A DNA stretch of 18,285 nt from Candidatus Micrarchaeota archaeon (GCA_038046605.1 JBBSVW010000038.1:1-18285); one strand, 5' to 3'; positions 5,966 through 16,400 are shown, counted from the stretch's first letter. The notes: generated by a model from the sequence alone, not told the origin. A program made the numbers and translations.

Positions 5966-7192
5966 ATGGGGATTTACAAATCTATAGAGGATGGATATTA
6001 CGGCTTCATGGACTTTTTGGACCAAAAGCTCCATATCCCCGTCTATGATATATTTGTCAACCCAATAGAAAAATCCGGCACTCCATCCTTTCCTGTTTTT
6101 ATATTGCTAATTCTGCTTTTAGCCGGTGGAATAGCCGGCGCATTTTACTACACAAGCGTCATTTCAAAGCAGGCCACCTTGAAGGTGATGGTGCTCTCGG
6201 GCGAAAATGCGCTCCCTGGCGCGACAATAAAAATCCGTTCCGGCGATCTGGAATTCACCGGCACTGCTGATGAAAACGGCCTATTCCTATTTGACAAGCT
6301 CCCCAAAGGCAAAACTTTCACCGTTGAAGTCATTGCGCAGGATTATGAGCCTGGCAACGATGAAATTGAGCTGTTGGAAAAAATTGCGTCCCTCGAATTC
6401 AACCTTGCTGGCGTTGTAAAAGAGGACATCCTGGCTATATCTGTAACCGATGATTCAGGCGCCCCGGTTCCAGGCGCGCGCATCTCATATTCCTACGCCG
6501 ACAAAAGCGGCTCGACAGTAACCGGCTCCAATGGCGGAGCGCGCATTTCCGTTCTCAAGGGATCTGATGTTTCTCTTGAAGTTTCCAAGGATGGTTATGA
6601 GGATGGGTTTGGTTCTACCTCCTCTTCTGCAGGCTCATATGATCTTACGCTAAAGAAAATTGCCCCAATCCAGCCTCCGGCTGAAAAAGGAAAGCTCCGA
6701 GTGACCGTTGAAGACGAGGCGGGCAAGAAACTTAATGCGGAAGTTGCGGTGTTTGAGGCTGAAGGGGGCGGCTCCCCAATTGACACCCAGGAAACTTCTG
6801 AAGGTGTTGCAATTTTTTACGATATCGATGTAGGAACCAAACTTAAAATCACCGCGTCAGCTAACAATTTCAAGGATGAAAAAATTTCAGAAACCATGAA
6901 GAAGGACTCTCGTGTCAAGCTCACCCTCAAAGCAGACAATACGCCTCCGCCAAAGGACAAGACAGTTATTACTGTTAAGGATGGAAAAAGCAAGGCAATA
7001 ATTTCCGATGCCTCCGTAATCCTTTTCAGGCGGACAGAGGACACACTTTTCAAGGAGGAAAAATCCGATACATCCGGAAAAGCGATATTTGATGGCAGGC
7101 TCGACGACTACTATGCAATCATTACGGCTCCTGGCTATGTTTACACCAAATTGTTCATTGCAGGGGGAGAGAGCAAGGAAGCGCTAATTTAG
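5966..7192 (+). CDS. Giant surface protein 1, N-terminal part: membrane anchor plus carboxypeptidase-regulatory-like (CnaB/prealbumin-fold) beta-sandwich repeats
   Basis: TM helix at about aa 42-62. Repeated V.D..G.pv.gA.v...Td.nG...vsk.GY pattern. Ends at a TAG that is in frame with 7220..13381. Confidence 0.88.
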   Translation: MGIYKSIEDGYYGFMDFLDQKLHIPVYDIFVNPIEKSGTPSFPVFILLILLLAGGIAGAFYYTSVISKQATLKVMVLSGENALPGATIKIRSGDLEFTGTADENGLFLFDKLPKGKTFTVEVIAQDYEPGNDEIELLEKIASLEFNLAGVVKEDILAISVTDDSGAPVPGARISYSYADKSGSTVTGSNGGARISVLKGSDVSLEVSKDGYEDGFGSTSSSAGSYDLTLKKIAPIQPPAEKGKLRVTVEDEAGKKLNAEVAVFEAEGGGSPIDTQETSEGVAIFYDIDVGTKLKITASANNFKDEKISETMKKDSRVKLTLKADNTPPPKDKTVITVKDGKSKAIISDASVILFRRTEDTLFKEEKSDTSGKAIFDGRLDDYYAIITAPGYVYTKLFIAGGESKEALI

Positions 7193-7219
7193 AAGGAGGG
7201 CGATTCGCTCAACTACGAT

Positions 7220-10200
7220 TTGTCCATAGCCGTTAGGGATGAGGATGGAAAGGCGGTTTCCAATGCAAAAATTTCACTTTGGGATGAGCAATCCGATATT
7301 GTTCCGCCATTTGATTCCAAAACCGATGCGAGAGGGGAAGCCAAAATCAAGCTCCCTATTGCCTATTACACAGTACGAGTTGTTTCGGGCGCCCTAACCG
7401 GTGAGGATAGCGTTGATTTGGACAAAAATTACCAGATGAATATTTCCGTTGCATATCCCAGGGGAACGCTTCAGCTAATGGTTAAGGATTTGGATTCGAA
7501 CCGCTCCATCTTCCCAAATGCAACTAACAGGACACTTTCATTATCAATTAAAATCACCGACAATGTGAAAAAGGCGCTTGTGAACACCACCATTTGCACT
7601 TCGGATCCATGCAACCTGCTCCTGATTGCCCAGCGCAGCTACAAACTGGACTTTTCCGCAAGCAACTATTATGATGCAACCACTAATGTAATAGACAAGG
7701 AAATCAAGCCTGCTGAAATGACAAACCGCACAATTTTCATGAAGAACACATCCTCCCCGACCAATTTGAAAATCCGCTTTGATTCCATGCTTGATTTGAG
7801 CAACCCCAATGCCCCTCTTAGGGAGCTCCAGCCCGGAAAAATTTATGCAATCAGGCTGTCTGCCTATTTTGACAATTCCACGAGGAAGGGAATTTACATC
7901 CGCCTTGGCGATGAGCTCGAGCTGGAGGGGGCAACCAATTCCGCAGCTCCTGGTTACCTTATCGATTATTCACTTTCGGGCTCCCCCGAACCATCCGCTG
8001 TAACCGGTGCCAACTATTATCTGCCCGATATTTGCAATCCTGTTTCCAACCCAACAAAGGCAAGGTGGGCTTTTATTGATTATTCCGTGCAAGGCTCAAC
8101 CTCACTTATGCTTACCGCAAAAACAAATGCCGCAAAACGCTCACCGGATGCATTCAAAATATTCTACAACGGATATGCAATACTTTCAAATGGCACCATA
8201 TTCTCGGATCCAGCCGGATACAAAAAGCTTGAGGATTGCAATGCAAGGACCCAGAACTATGCTCTCCCATTCATAAAGACCGGTGGCTTGAACGAGCGCT
8301 GCAATTCCGCCCCGCTTCCCGAATGCAATTCACTTGACCTTTACTGCGACGCTGCTACAAACATTTGCAAGCAAGAGCCGCGCGTAAACCCTGCCGAATA
8401 CTGCAAGAATGAGGATGTGCTCAAGGTTTTCTCCCTTAAAGACGGTGGAGCCCTCGTAATTGGCAGGGATGAAGCCCAGGGTATGAGTGTCTACAACCGC
8501 AAGGGCGAACTATACAAAAACTGCCCCGGCGATGAAACCTCCCCTCAGGCGGCGGATTGCAAATCCATACTTGCCAACCGCTCCAAGAAGGAGCCCGAGT
8601 GCGATTACACTGTTCCAATTGACCATAGCCTATACTGCTCGGGCGCCGTCACCGAGGTCCACAAATGCTCGGATGGCTCCTTTAGGACAGTTGTGAAGGA
8701 AGGTGAGACGGAAGTTGCCACCTATTTTGGGAAGAATGGCAAGCAGATCATGCAGGGCTGCCCGGTCAAGCCCTCCCCTGAAAACACGGATTGCTTCAAG
8801 CTTGCAAATTCCTGCAAGGATGTGACCAAGATCTCTTGTGAAAAGCTATGCGAAGGCCCGCAAATCCCACTGATGGATTATTGCAGGGATGAGGAAGTTG
8901 ATTTTGTCCAGGCATGCGAATTTGGCTCAAAAGTAGTCAGCACAAAGGGCGGCCTTAGGGTTGCCGATTACTTAAACTCGTGCGGAAAGCCCCTCATGAC
9001 GGATTGCCCGGTCACATCCTCCCCAATGAATGGAAAATGCTACTCATATGACATGGACTGCACTGAAGGCGAAAGGCTTGTATGCGATTCCTTATGTGAA
9101 GGGTCAATCCAAGAGCCCGCGGAGTATTGCAAGGAGGATGCAGCATCATATGTTAAACGAGGCGATGTCTACACAAAGGTTGTGAGCGTCGATTTGGATG
9201 GCAATGAGGTTTCAGCATATTATGATCCCTGCGGTGGGGAACTGATGAAAGGCTGCCCCGTTACACCCAGCTCTTCGGATGGCAAATGCTTCACCTATGA
9301 CAAGCAAACCATTTCCGGTGAAAAGATAAGTTGCGATTCACTTTGCACTGGGGATTTGGTGCCCAAGGAGGAGTACTGCAAGGATGGGACGGCCTTGAGT
9401 GTTTCAACTGGGCCAATATACACAAAAGTCGTGACTGTTGATTCCGAAGGCAACGAGTTTGCCGCATTCTACAATCCATGCGGAGAGGAAAAGATAAAAG
9501 GCTGCCCTGTTGACCCATCTCCAGCAGATGGCCTTTGCTATACCCTGAATAAGGATATCGCCGGCACGCCATACAGCTGCACAGGCGGTGATGTAGAGCA
9601 GGAGCCCGACTTCCGCGAATGCCCCTCTGTCATGATTTCCAAATCCCCAGCCGGAAAAATCACCTCAAGCTGCAAGCGCCTGGTTTTCAAGGTGGATTCC
9701 ATATTCCCAGCTGATTCAATTGGCCTAACTTTCTCAACTGAAAACGGTGGCGGCGCGCAAAGCGTTGAATTCCTCGATTCGGATTCAAAGCCGGTTGCCG
9801 GCTGCTTCAAGGCGGATTTGACAAAAGGTTTGATAAAATACGATCCAACTGAATCCACGTGCCCGGCAAAATACAGGCCATTTGGGAATGCGGTCCCAGG
9901 CGGAAATTTCAAGGCGAAAATAAAGGTTCTCCTTGCGCCACAGCCGCTAGAGCTCCCAATAATAGTCCTTGGGGAAAGCGGCGGGGCCTATACGCCCCCG
10001 TCTGGCGGCGGCTCAGGAGGCTCCACTTCGGGCGTTGTTGGCCCAGATCCAACGGGCAATTATTACATTGAAAGCTGTACAACCCTTGACGGAGTGCCAA
10101 TCACCGGCGGCAGACCGCCCTCAGAAACGGATATACTCCTAACCAGGGAAACCCGTTCATGTGTTACTGATGCGCGGATAGGTGGAATATCTACCTGGCA

Positions 10201-13200
10201 TGCCGGAGGCACTTACATAGGGCCAGGAAGGGTCAGGCCATATACGAACTACCGATGCTATAACCGCAAATCCGAGATGTGCGGAACATCCGGAGGGGGC
10301 GGAGGAGGATCCGGAGGCTCTTATTTTGCGCCATCCGGACTAAAGGCGCTTGACGGCTCCATGATTGAATACAAACACGAGGATTCCACGCCACAATCAT
10401 TCTATGGGTTTGATAGCCAGGATTATAGTGATCTCCGTGTTGCCTATGTTGTTAACAACCGGCAAAAGAAGGTCGATGCGGATGACCTTAGCATATCCAG
10501 CGGAGGATCAAATGCAATTGGAAACATTCTACGCTCAACCCAAAACCGGGGGCGTGCCAAGATATTTGCCTGGGATTCCGACGTGGATTCCTCGATTTCA
10601 CTAGTTGCAGGCCCCTCAAAGGCAGATGTCCTTCTCTATTCGAAGGATTCATACACATCCGGAAGCATTCTTGAGACCATCGGCTGGGATCCGGAATACC
10701 TGGACGATGATGCCGCGGATGCCAGCTTTGATCGGTTTGAAAAATTCCTCGAGATGGTCCAGTTTACTGCTGAAAATTCCGTCTTCAGGAGGGGGGGCAC
10801 ACGGCCGTATTCGGATTTCGAATCCAACATGGGCAAAAAGCCGGTCATGTTCAGCATGGTCATGAGCGAAAGGGCTATTGCCATCTTCAACGAATATGAC
10901 GGCCTTGGGATAAGTGTCGATTACAGCGCAATTGAAGACCAGGCCTGTGATGCACGGGTCGGGCTTTACAAGGTATCGATAGCCTCATCCGATGGTGTGG
11001 AATGGGATTTCAACGGATCCGAAATAGGCATAACGCCGCTTGAAATTTCGCAGTCAACAGATGAGGACTGTGATACCGTGGTTGCATGCAACCTCTTTGA
11101 TTCATACTTTGGCGATCCTACCCTCTACGGGGATGCGGAAAGCAAGCACTGCTTTGCGCAGGAATATCCAGTTGTGCCGGACGGTGCAGTTGAGTATGAT
11201 GGGGAGGATCTGGATCTGCGCATGGAAAATGCAAAATTCCTTGGCATTGATCCAAATCCTGAAGGCCTCCTTGAGGACTACGCGGCTGATAAGGCTGCCA
11301 CTTATCCCGTATTTGCCCTAGATAACGACCAAGCGGATTCGCTAATTGATGCATTCATCTACTACAAGATCTCCAACAAAACCGGCGAGAAAATCAAGAT
11401 GCTAAGCCCGTATTTCATAACGAACTTCCCCAAATTCTTCGAGGGGGAAGTTACGAAGTGCGATGATGCCGATGGGGACCATTATGGCGTGCACAATACG
11501 CGCTGGTGCACCGGTGGAAGGGCAATAGATTGCAATGACAATGACCTCTTCATAAACCCGGGTGAATCCGAATCAATCGGAGGCACCTGCGATGGCATCG
11601 ACAACAACTGCAACGGAAAAATCGATGAGGGCGACGATGGCACTTCGATGGGCGCATGCGGGCTTTCTTGCGGCGATCTCAACAAGGATGGTTCAGTGGA
11701 TATTGCCGATCTTGTTTCAATGATAAATGTTCTTGAGCGAAGCGGTACTCCTCCATCCCCCAAGGAGCTTGCCGACATTAACGGTGATGGCGAGATCACT
11801 GCAAATGACTACCAAAGGCTAACCAGCTATCTATTCCGCGGAGGGGAAAAACCATCCGGGTGTGGGAACAAGAAGGTAGGTGGCGCTGGCGGTGGAACCG
11901 GTGGGAACTGCACTATATCTGGCGTCAACTACATCCCGGGAGCACTTAAGGACAACAATTATGCTACCTGCAAAATCTGCGATCCGGATGTTAGCCTAAC
12001 TTCCTGGAGCAGCCAGAATGATGGCGTCCCCTGCGGCACAAGCAGGGCGTGCCAATCTGGAGTTTGCACGGCAGTGAATTCCACTCAAAATATTTGCGTG
12101 GATTCAGATGGTGCTGCGCCCGATCAAGGGAAATTTGTTAACGGCAAGGTTTCAGATTTGGGCATCACCTATTATGACGACTGCAATAGCGACAACTCCG
12201 GAGTTAGGGAGCAGATGTGCATTGGCAATGCCGCAACTGAAACCGAAATTGCCTGCGAGTATGGCTGCGTTGCCAACAAGTGCCGAAATCCCAACCCCGC
12301 TGATACCTGCACAATTGGCGGGGAAGGATATAATGCCCAGGAGTTTAGGGCTGATGAATTCGATTGCCATGTCTGTGATCCAACCCGAAGCCAAACTAAC
12401 TGGAGCATTGCACCCGATGGAACAGAATGCAGCGAGGACAATTATGTTTGCATTGCAGGCAATTGCGTTCCTCCAGGGGAAACTGATTATTGCACAAGTC
12501 CCGATGGGCAGTCGATTACGGAAAAGACCTTTACCTCAAACAGTTCTGATTTCGGTAGGTGGGATACTTGTTCCGGCAACCGGGTGCTTGAATATTACTG
12601 CGATGGGAATGCCGTTAAATCAAGGACTATTGCATGCCCCGCAGGGCAAGCCTGCTCCAATGGAGCCTGCGCGGATTCCGGCGAAACATTTGATGAATGC
12701 ACCATTGGAGGTTTAACCTATGTAGCAGATTATGTCAAGGATACAGATTCCTGCCAAGTCTGCAAGCCGGGACTCAATCCAAATGAATGGTCCAATATGC
12801 CAGTTGGCTCGCTTTGCGATTATGATACGGGCATGTGCGATGGATCCGGAAATTGCGACGGTTCGCCTGAACATACAGTTACGGGCAATGTTGTCGATAG
12901 CTACTCTGCGAATAGGCAATTTGGTGGTTCATATCTGCTTCAATATGAGAACGACGAATACCTTATCTGTCCAAAAGGAAATTTCGTTGTCTCCAATAGC
13001 CAAGGAAATGGCTTTGTATGCCTAAAAACCCTTCCTGAGCCCCAATACGCATTTCGCGGATGGGCAGTTTACAATATACCAAACTCCATTGGCAATCCCA
13101 TAATAAAAGTGATCGCCGATGAAGATAATTGGGGCTGCACGAATGATATATGCAGGGGCCAAAATTCTTACTACAATGTTTGGTCGGCAAGCGACTATTC

Positions 13201-13381
13201 GACCTCGACACAATGGATGTACCACGAGGAATGCGAAATTTTAAACGGGCGCTCAAATGTCATTTGCTCAATTTCGCCCTCTGGAAATGATGTAATCCAT
13301 TACATATTGGTTGGAAGGTTCCTTGGGCATAACGAACGACCTGATCCTGAGATTATATCTGTATCAATCGAATCTAGCTAA
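7220..13381 (+). CDS. Giant surface protein 1, C-terminal part: Cys-rich repeats, conserved core, MopE-like metal-binding motif, dockerin-type domain, C-terminal beta domain
   Basis: 2053-codon ORF in the same frame as 5966..7192, with no signal peptide of its own and many N-X-S/T sequons. Colinear with the paralog at 13414. Confidence 0.88.
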   Translation: MSIAVRDEDGKAVSNAKISLWDEQSDIVPPFDSKTDARGEAKIKLPIAYYTVRVVSGALTGEDSVDLDKNYQMNISVAYPRGTLQLMVKDLDSNRSIFPNATNRTLSLSIKITDNVKKALVNTTICTSDPCNLLLIAQRSYKLDFSASNYYDATTNVIDKEIKPAEMTNRTIFMKNTSSPTNLKIRFDSMLDLSNPNAPLRELQPGKIYAIRLSAYFDNSTRKGIYIRLGDELELEGATNSAAPGYLIDYSLSGSPEPSAVTGANYYLPDICNPVSNPTKARWAFIDYSVQGSTSLMLTAKTNAAKRSPDAFKIFYNGYAILSNGTIFSDPAGYKKLEDCNARTQNYALPFIKTGGLNERCNSAPLPECNSLDLYCDAATNICKQEPRVNPAEYCKNEDVLKVFSLKDGGALVIGRDEAQGMSVYNRKGELYKNCPGDETSPQAADCKSILANRSKKEPECDYTVPIDHSLYCSGAVTEVHKCSDGSFRTVVKEGETEVATYFGKNGKQIMQGCPVKPSPENTDCFKLANSCKDVTKISCEKLCEGPQIPLMDYCRDEEVDFVQACEFGSKVVSTKGGLRVADYLNSCGKPLMTDCPVTSSPMNGKCYSYDMDCTEGERLVCDSLCEGSIQEPAEYCKEDAASYVKRGDVYTKVVSVDLDGNEVSAYYDPCGGELMKGCPVTPSSSDGKCFTYDKQTISGEKISCDSLCTGDLVPKEEYCKDGTALSVSTGPIYTKVVTVDSEGNEFAAFYNPCGEEKIKGCPVDPSPADGLCYTLNKDIAGTPYSCTGGDVEQEPDFRECPSVMISKSPAGKITSSCKRLVFKVDSIFPADSIGLTFSTENGGGAQSVEFLDSDSKPVAGCFKADLTKGLIKYDPTESTCPAKYRPFGNAVPGGNFKAKIKVLLAPQPLELPIIVLGESGGAYTPPSGGGSGGSTSGVVGPDPTGNYYIESCTTLDGVPITGGRPPSETDILLTRETRSCVTDARIGGISTWHAGGTYIGPGRVRPYTNYRCYNRKSEMCGTSGGGGGGSGGSYFAPSGLKALDGSMIEYKHEDSTPQSFYGFDSQDYSDLRVAYVVNNRQKKVDADDLSISSGGSNAIGNILRSTQNRGRAKIFAWDSDVDSSISLVAGPSKADVLLYSKDSYTSGSILETIGWDPEYLDDDAADASFDRFEKFLEMVQFTAENSVFRRGGTRPYSDFESNMGKKPVMFSMVMSERAIAIFNEYDGLGISVDYSAIEDQACDARVGLYKVSIASSDGVEWDFNGSEIGITPLEISQSTDEDCDTVVACNLFDSYFGDPTLYGDAESKHCFAQEYPVVPDGAVEYDGEDLDLRMENAKFLGIDPNPEGLLEDYAADKAATYPVFALDNDQADSLIDAFIYYKISNKTGEKIKMLSPYFITNFPKFFEGEVTKCDDADGDHYGVHNTRWCTGGRAIDCNDNDLFINPGESESIGGTCDGIDNNCNGKIDEGDDGTSMGACGLSCGDLNKDGSVDIADLVSMINVLERSGTPPSPKELADINGDGEITANDYQRLTSYLFRGGEKPSGCGNKKVGGAGGGTGGNCTISGVNYIPGALKDNNYATCKICDPDVSLTSWSSQNDGVPCGTSRACQSGVCTAVNSTQNICVDSDGAAPDQGKFVNGKVSDLGITYYDDCNSDNSGVREQMCIGNAATETEIACEYGCVANKCRNPNPADTCTIGGEGYNAQEFRADEFDCHVCDPTRSQTNWSIAPDGTECSEDNYVCIAGNCVPPGETDYCTSPDGQSITEKTFTSNSSDFGRWDTCSGNRVLEYYCDGNAVKSRTIACPAGQACSNGACADSGETFDECTIGGLTYVADYVKDTDSCQVCKPGLNPNEWSNMPVGSLCDYDTGMCDGSGNCDGSPEHTVTGNVVDSYSANRQFGGSYLLQYENDEYLICPKGNFVVSNSQGNGFVCLKTLPEPQYAFRGWAVYNIPNSIGNPIIKVIADEDNWGCTNDICRGQNSYYNVWSASDYSTSTQWMYHEECEILNGRSNVICSISPSGNDVIHYILVGRFLGHNERPDPEIISVSIESS
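8396..9590 (+). repeat. Five tandem ~78-83-aa Cys-rich domains (xYC...V...KVV...Y...G...CPV.PSP...C)
   Basis: Units start at 8396, 8630, 8876, 9122 and 9371. Confidence 0.85.
11459..11632 (+). other. Putative metal-binding (MopE-related) motif
   Basis: DADGDHYG...DCNDNDLFINPG..E...CDGIDNNCNGKIDEG. Confidence 0.85.
11672..11836 (+). other. Dockerin type I-like domain
   Basis: Duplicated Ca-binding loops GDLNKDGSVDIADL and ADINGDGEITANDY. Confidence 0.85.
11909..12858 (+). repeat. Alternating Cys-rich modules A-B-A-B-A
   Basis: A (CTI.G..Y...C..CdP.....WS....G..C) at 11909, 12308 and 12698. B (C...DG.....D.C....V.E..C.......IAC..gC....C) at 12095 and 12491. Confidence 0.85.
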
Positions 13382-13384
13382 ACA

Positions 13385-13392
13385 CTTAAATA
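13385..13392 (+). promoter_or_regulatory. Possible TATA box for a leaderless transcript of paralog 2
   Basis: CTTAAATA starting about 28 nt upstream of ATG 13414; no SD. Confidence 0.4.
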
Positions 13393-13413
13393 TCGCCAAA
13401 CCCTAACAGCGTC

Positions 13414-16400
13414 ATGGCAGACGAGTGGCAGGAAGGCCCAAATGGCCCAATCGGGCAACTCAGGGAAAAGATAGGCGAATTAACGGATTTCGCCTCAAAT
13501 ATCCTCCAGGGAACCAAGGATAACATCTCGAACCTCTACTCGCAGGGGCAGGAAAAATATTATGCTTTTGCAGATTACCTGGAGGATGAGAAGAACATTC
13601 CCATAAAGCGCTATTTCATCGAGCCCTTTGAGAATGCAGGGATACCTACATTTCCGGTGCTTTTATTTCTCGTATTCCTTCTCTTCCTAATCCTGCTTTT
13701 CATCCTTTGGCCAAGAGCTCCTCCATCCCTAGAATTAACGGTCATTTCCGAAAACGGGGATTGGGTGCCAGATGCATCTGTAAGCTTGGTTTTTGCAACC
13801 AATGCCTTGGACGCAACAACGAATTCAAAAGGTATTGCCAAATTCACCAATTTGAGGAAAGGAACAGCTGAACTGCAGGTATCCCATCCGGATTACGAGC
13901 AATACAATGATACGGTCACAATCAAGGGAAAGGACAAGTTAAAGATCGAACTTTCCCCACTCCCTTCTGATACCATCAACTTCGAGATTTTTGTGAAAGG
14001 CAAGGATGGAAACCCAATTAATGGGGCAAATTTGCAGCTATTCGTAAGCGGAAGCGATACGGCTCAAAATTACCAAACGGATAGCTCAGGAAAGCGCCTG
14101 GTAAAAATGCCCAAAGGCGCCGAAGTCACTATTGCCGTCAGCAAGGAGGGCTATCAGGACGCTACTCTTACCACAAATTCGGATGCGAAGAAAGCATCAA
14201 TTTCCCTCCTTAAGGTGGGGGAAGCGCCCAATGGCGATAAGCCGATTGTTGAGGAAGAAGGGTATCCCCCCGCCGATTTGAAAATTTATACAATTGATGA
14301 AAACAACAAACCGATCCGCGCATATGCGAATATTTACGATTCAAGGGTTTCCGGAACCCCCCTAAAATCCATTGCGACAAATGATTTGGGTCTGGCTCAG
14401 GTTTCCGACTTTACCCAAGGAACCCCAGTTACGATTGTTGCCACCTTTAGCGGCCATCAGGAAGCAAGGAAATCCCTCACCCTCAAGGCGAAAAACGAGG
14501 TTACGCTAGTGCTCAAGGGCGTAAGAAATACCCAAAATGCGACTAAAAAGACGGATATCTCTGTTTTTGATTTCAAGAGCAAGGCGCCAATTTCCCAAGC
14601 CAAAGTGACCATTTTCAATTCCCTAAATGAAATGGTAGTTGTGGGTGTAACCGATGCCAAGGGCCTTTCCACATTTGTTTTGCCTACGGGCTCCTACAAC
14701 GCATTTGCGGAAGCGCCCGAATATGATTTTGAGAAGGCAATTTTAAAGGCTGGCGACAGAAAATCAATCTACTTGAAATTAGGTGGCTTTGTAAAACTTA
14801 TTGTTGACTCTGAAGATGAGGATGGCAAAGCTTACTCCCGCACTGCAATTAGCTTCTTTGACCAAACAAACGGGCCGGTCCCCCCCTTTACGATTTACAG
14901 CTCCTCGAATGGGAAGGCAAAGGCCGAAATCAAGCCAGGAAATTACCTAATAAAGGCAGTGAAGGATGCGCTGTTTGGGAAAAAGGAAATATTGGTGCTA
15001 AACCAGACCAACAATACCGCTTCCGTAAAAATGTACCATCCAAGGGGCTATTTGAAAGTTGAGGCGCGCGACCTAAAAACAAGGGTTCCAATCCCCTCCT
15101 TCAATGTAATTGTCACTGATAAAGCCACCGATGAGCAGGCCTATTCGAAGGCTTGTGGCGCTGCCAATTGCATTTTTTGGCTCCGAGCGTTCAAAAGCTA
15201 TGAAATTGCGGGAACCGCAACAGATTTTGAATCCTCCAAAGCCACATTCATAACAAGGATTGTCGATTGGAATTCAAGCAAGATGGGCGAGAATGCATCG
15301 GATGGCACAATCCTGCCAATTTCTTTTGAGTCCAATATGAGCCTCTACCTCAAATCAACCCTTATCCCCCCTGAAGAGGATGGCTCTTTTAGCATGGCAT
15401 TTGATGCAATCTATGATGAATCGGATTCCGTCCAGGTCTCCTCCCTCCGTAGGGGCAGGGCATACATCGCCCATTTTGCAGCCGATTATGATGACATCCT
15501 TCGGAAAAAGGGCCTCTACGTAAAAATTGGGAGCGAACTAACCTCTTCAAGCTGGGAATCTGGCTTTATTGAAAGTTTATTGCTATCGGGAGGGGAATCC
15601 CCAAGCAGGGCAAGTGGAAATGCCAAATTGGAGGCATCATGCAACCTTTTGCCAGAATCCGGGCTTGGCAGCGTCCATTTAAGGCACGCCTTGCCGGAAT
15701 ACTCCTTTGATGGGACGGGCACCATAAAGGTGATGTTTTCCGTATCCGAATCGATCCCCGTAAATTACCTCAACTTCCTTTGGCAGGGAAGGGCTGTCAC
15801 AAAAAGCAACCTCCCAATAAGCCAGCCAGCAGGGATTGCCGCTTTTAATGAATGCACCCAAACAATGCAGCAAGAGCAATTGCAAATCGACAATTGCGGA
15901 ATCCTCAATTCCCCTTGCTGCGATGATGGGTGCCTTACCGGGCTTTATTGCGATGAAACCGGCGGAAACATCTGCAGGAATATAGGGACTAAGCCCCCCA
16001 ACCTCTTCGAATGCCCCTCGTTAGAAATCCAGCTGACCGGCTATGGGACTCCACATCCTTCCTGCGAGCGCGTAACTTTCAAGGTGGATTCCATTTTCCC
16101 TGCCGATGCTATACCCCTAAGTGCGCTGGATACATCCGGCACCCCAACATCCTATTATAACCTCAAATTCACATCGAAAACCAATCCTTCATTGGATGTT
16201 TCCCAATGCTTTTCCTGGTCGCAATCAGTCAATTACGGCGGAACTGCCCTTCGCTACTGGCCAAAAGGTACTTGCCCCTACAAGCCAAATGGAAATTCAG
16301 TTCCAGCCGCAGTTTTTTACATGAATATCACGGACATCATTACAACCAGAACGCGCTCCATCGAGATAAATGTGGAAAACGAAACCACCATGCCTTTTGG

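Larger units (their letters stand above)
5966..13381 (+). pseudogene. Single ~2470-codon gene interrupted by one in-frame TAG (nonsense allele, sequencing error or readthrough)
   Basis: Reads ...GCG CTA ATT TAG AAG GAG GGC... The paralog aligns continuously across this point. Confidence 0.6.

Noticed and set aside
7190-7192. Genome-wide amber recoding
   Set aside because: TAG ends hepT and the PIN gene at family-typical lengths, and there is only one internal TAG in about 4,000 codons of the giant genes.
7195-7222. Independent start at TTG 7220 using GGAGG
   Set aside because: The SD is about 20 nt away, there is no signal peptide, and the start falls within a region that is continuous in the paralog.
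12870-13381. DGR variable region at the C-terminus
   Set aside because: No template repeat, no reverse transcriptase and no CLec-type GFR motif are seen in the window.
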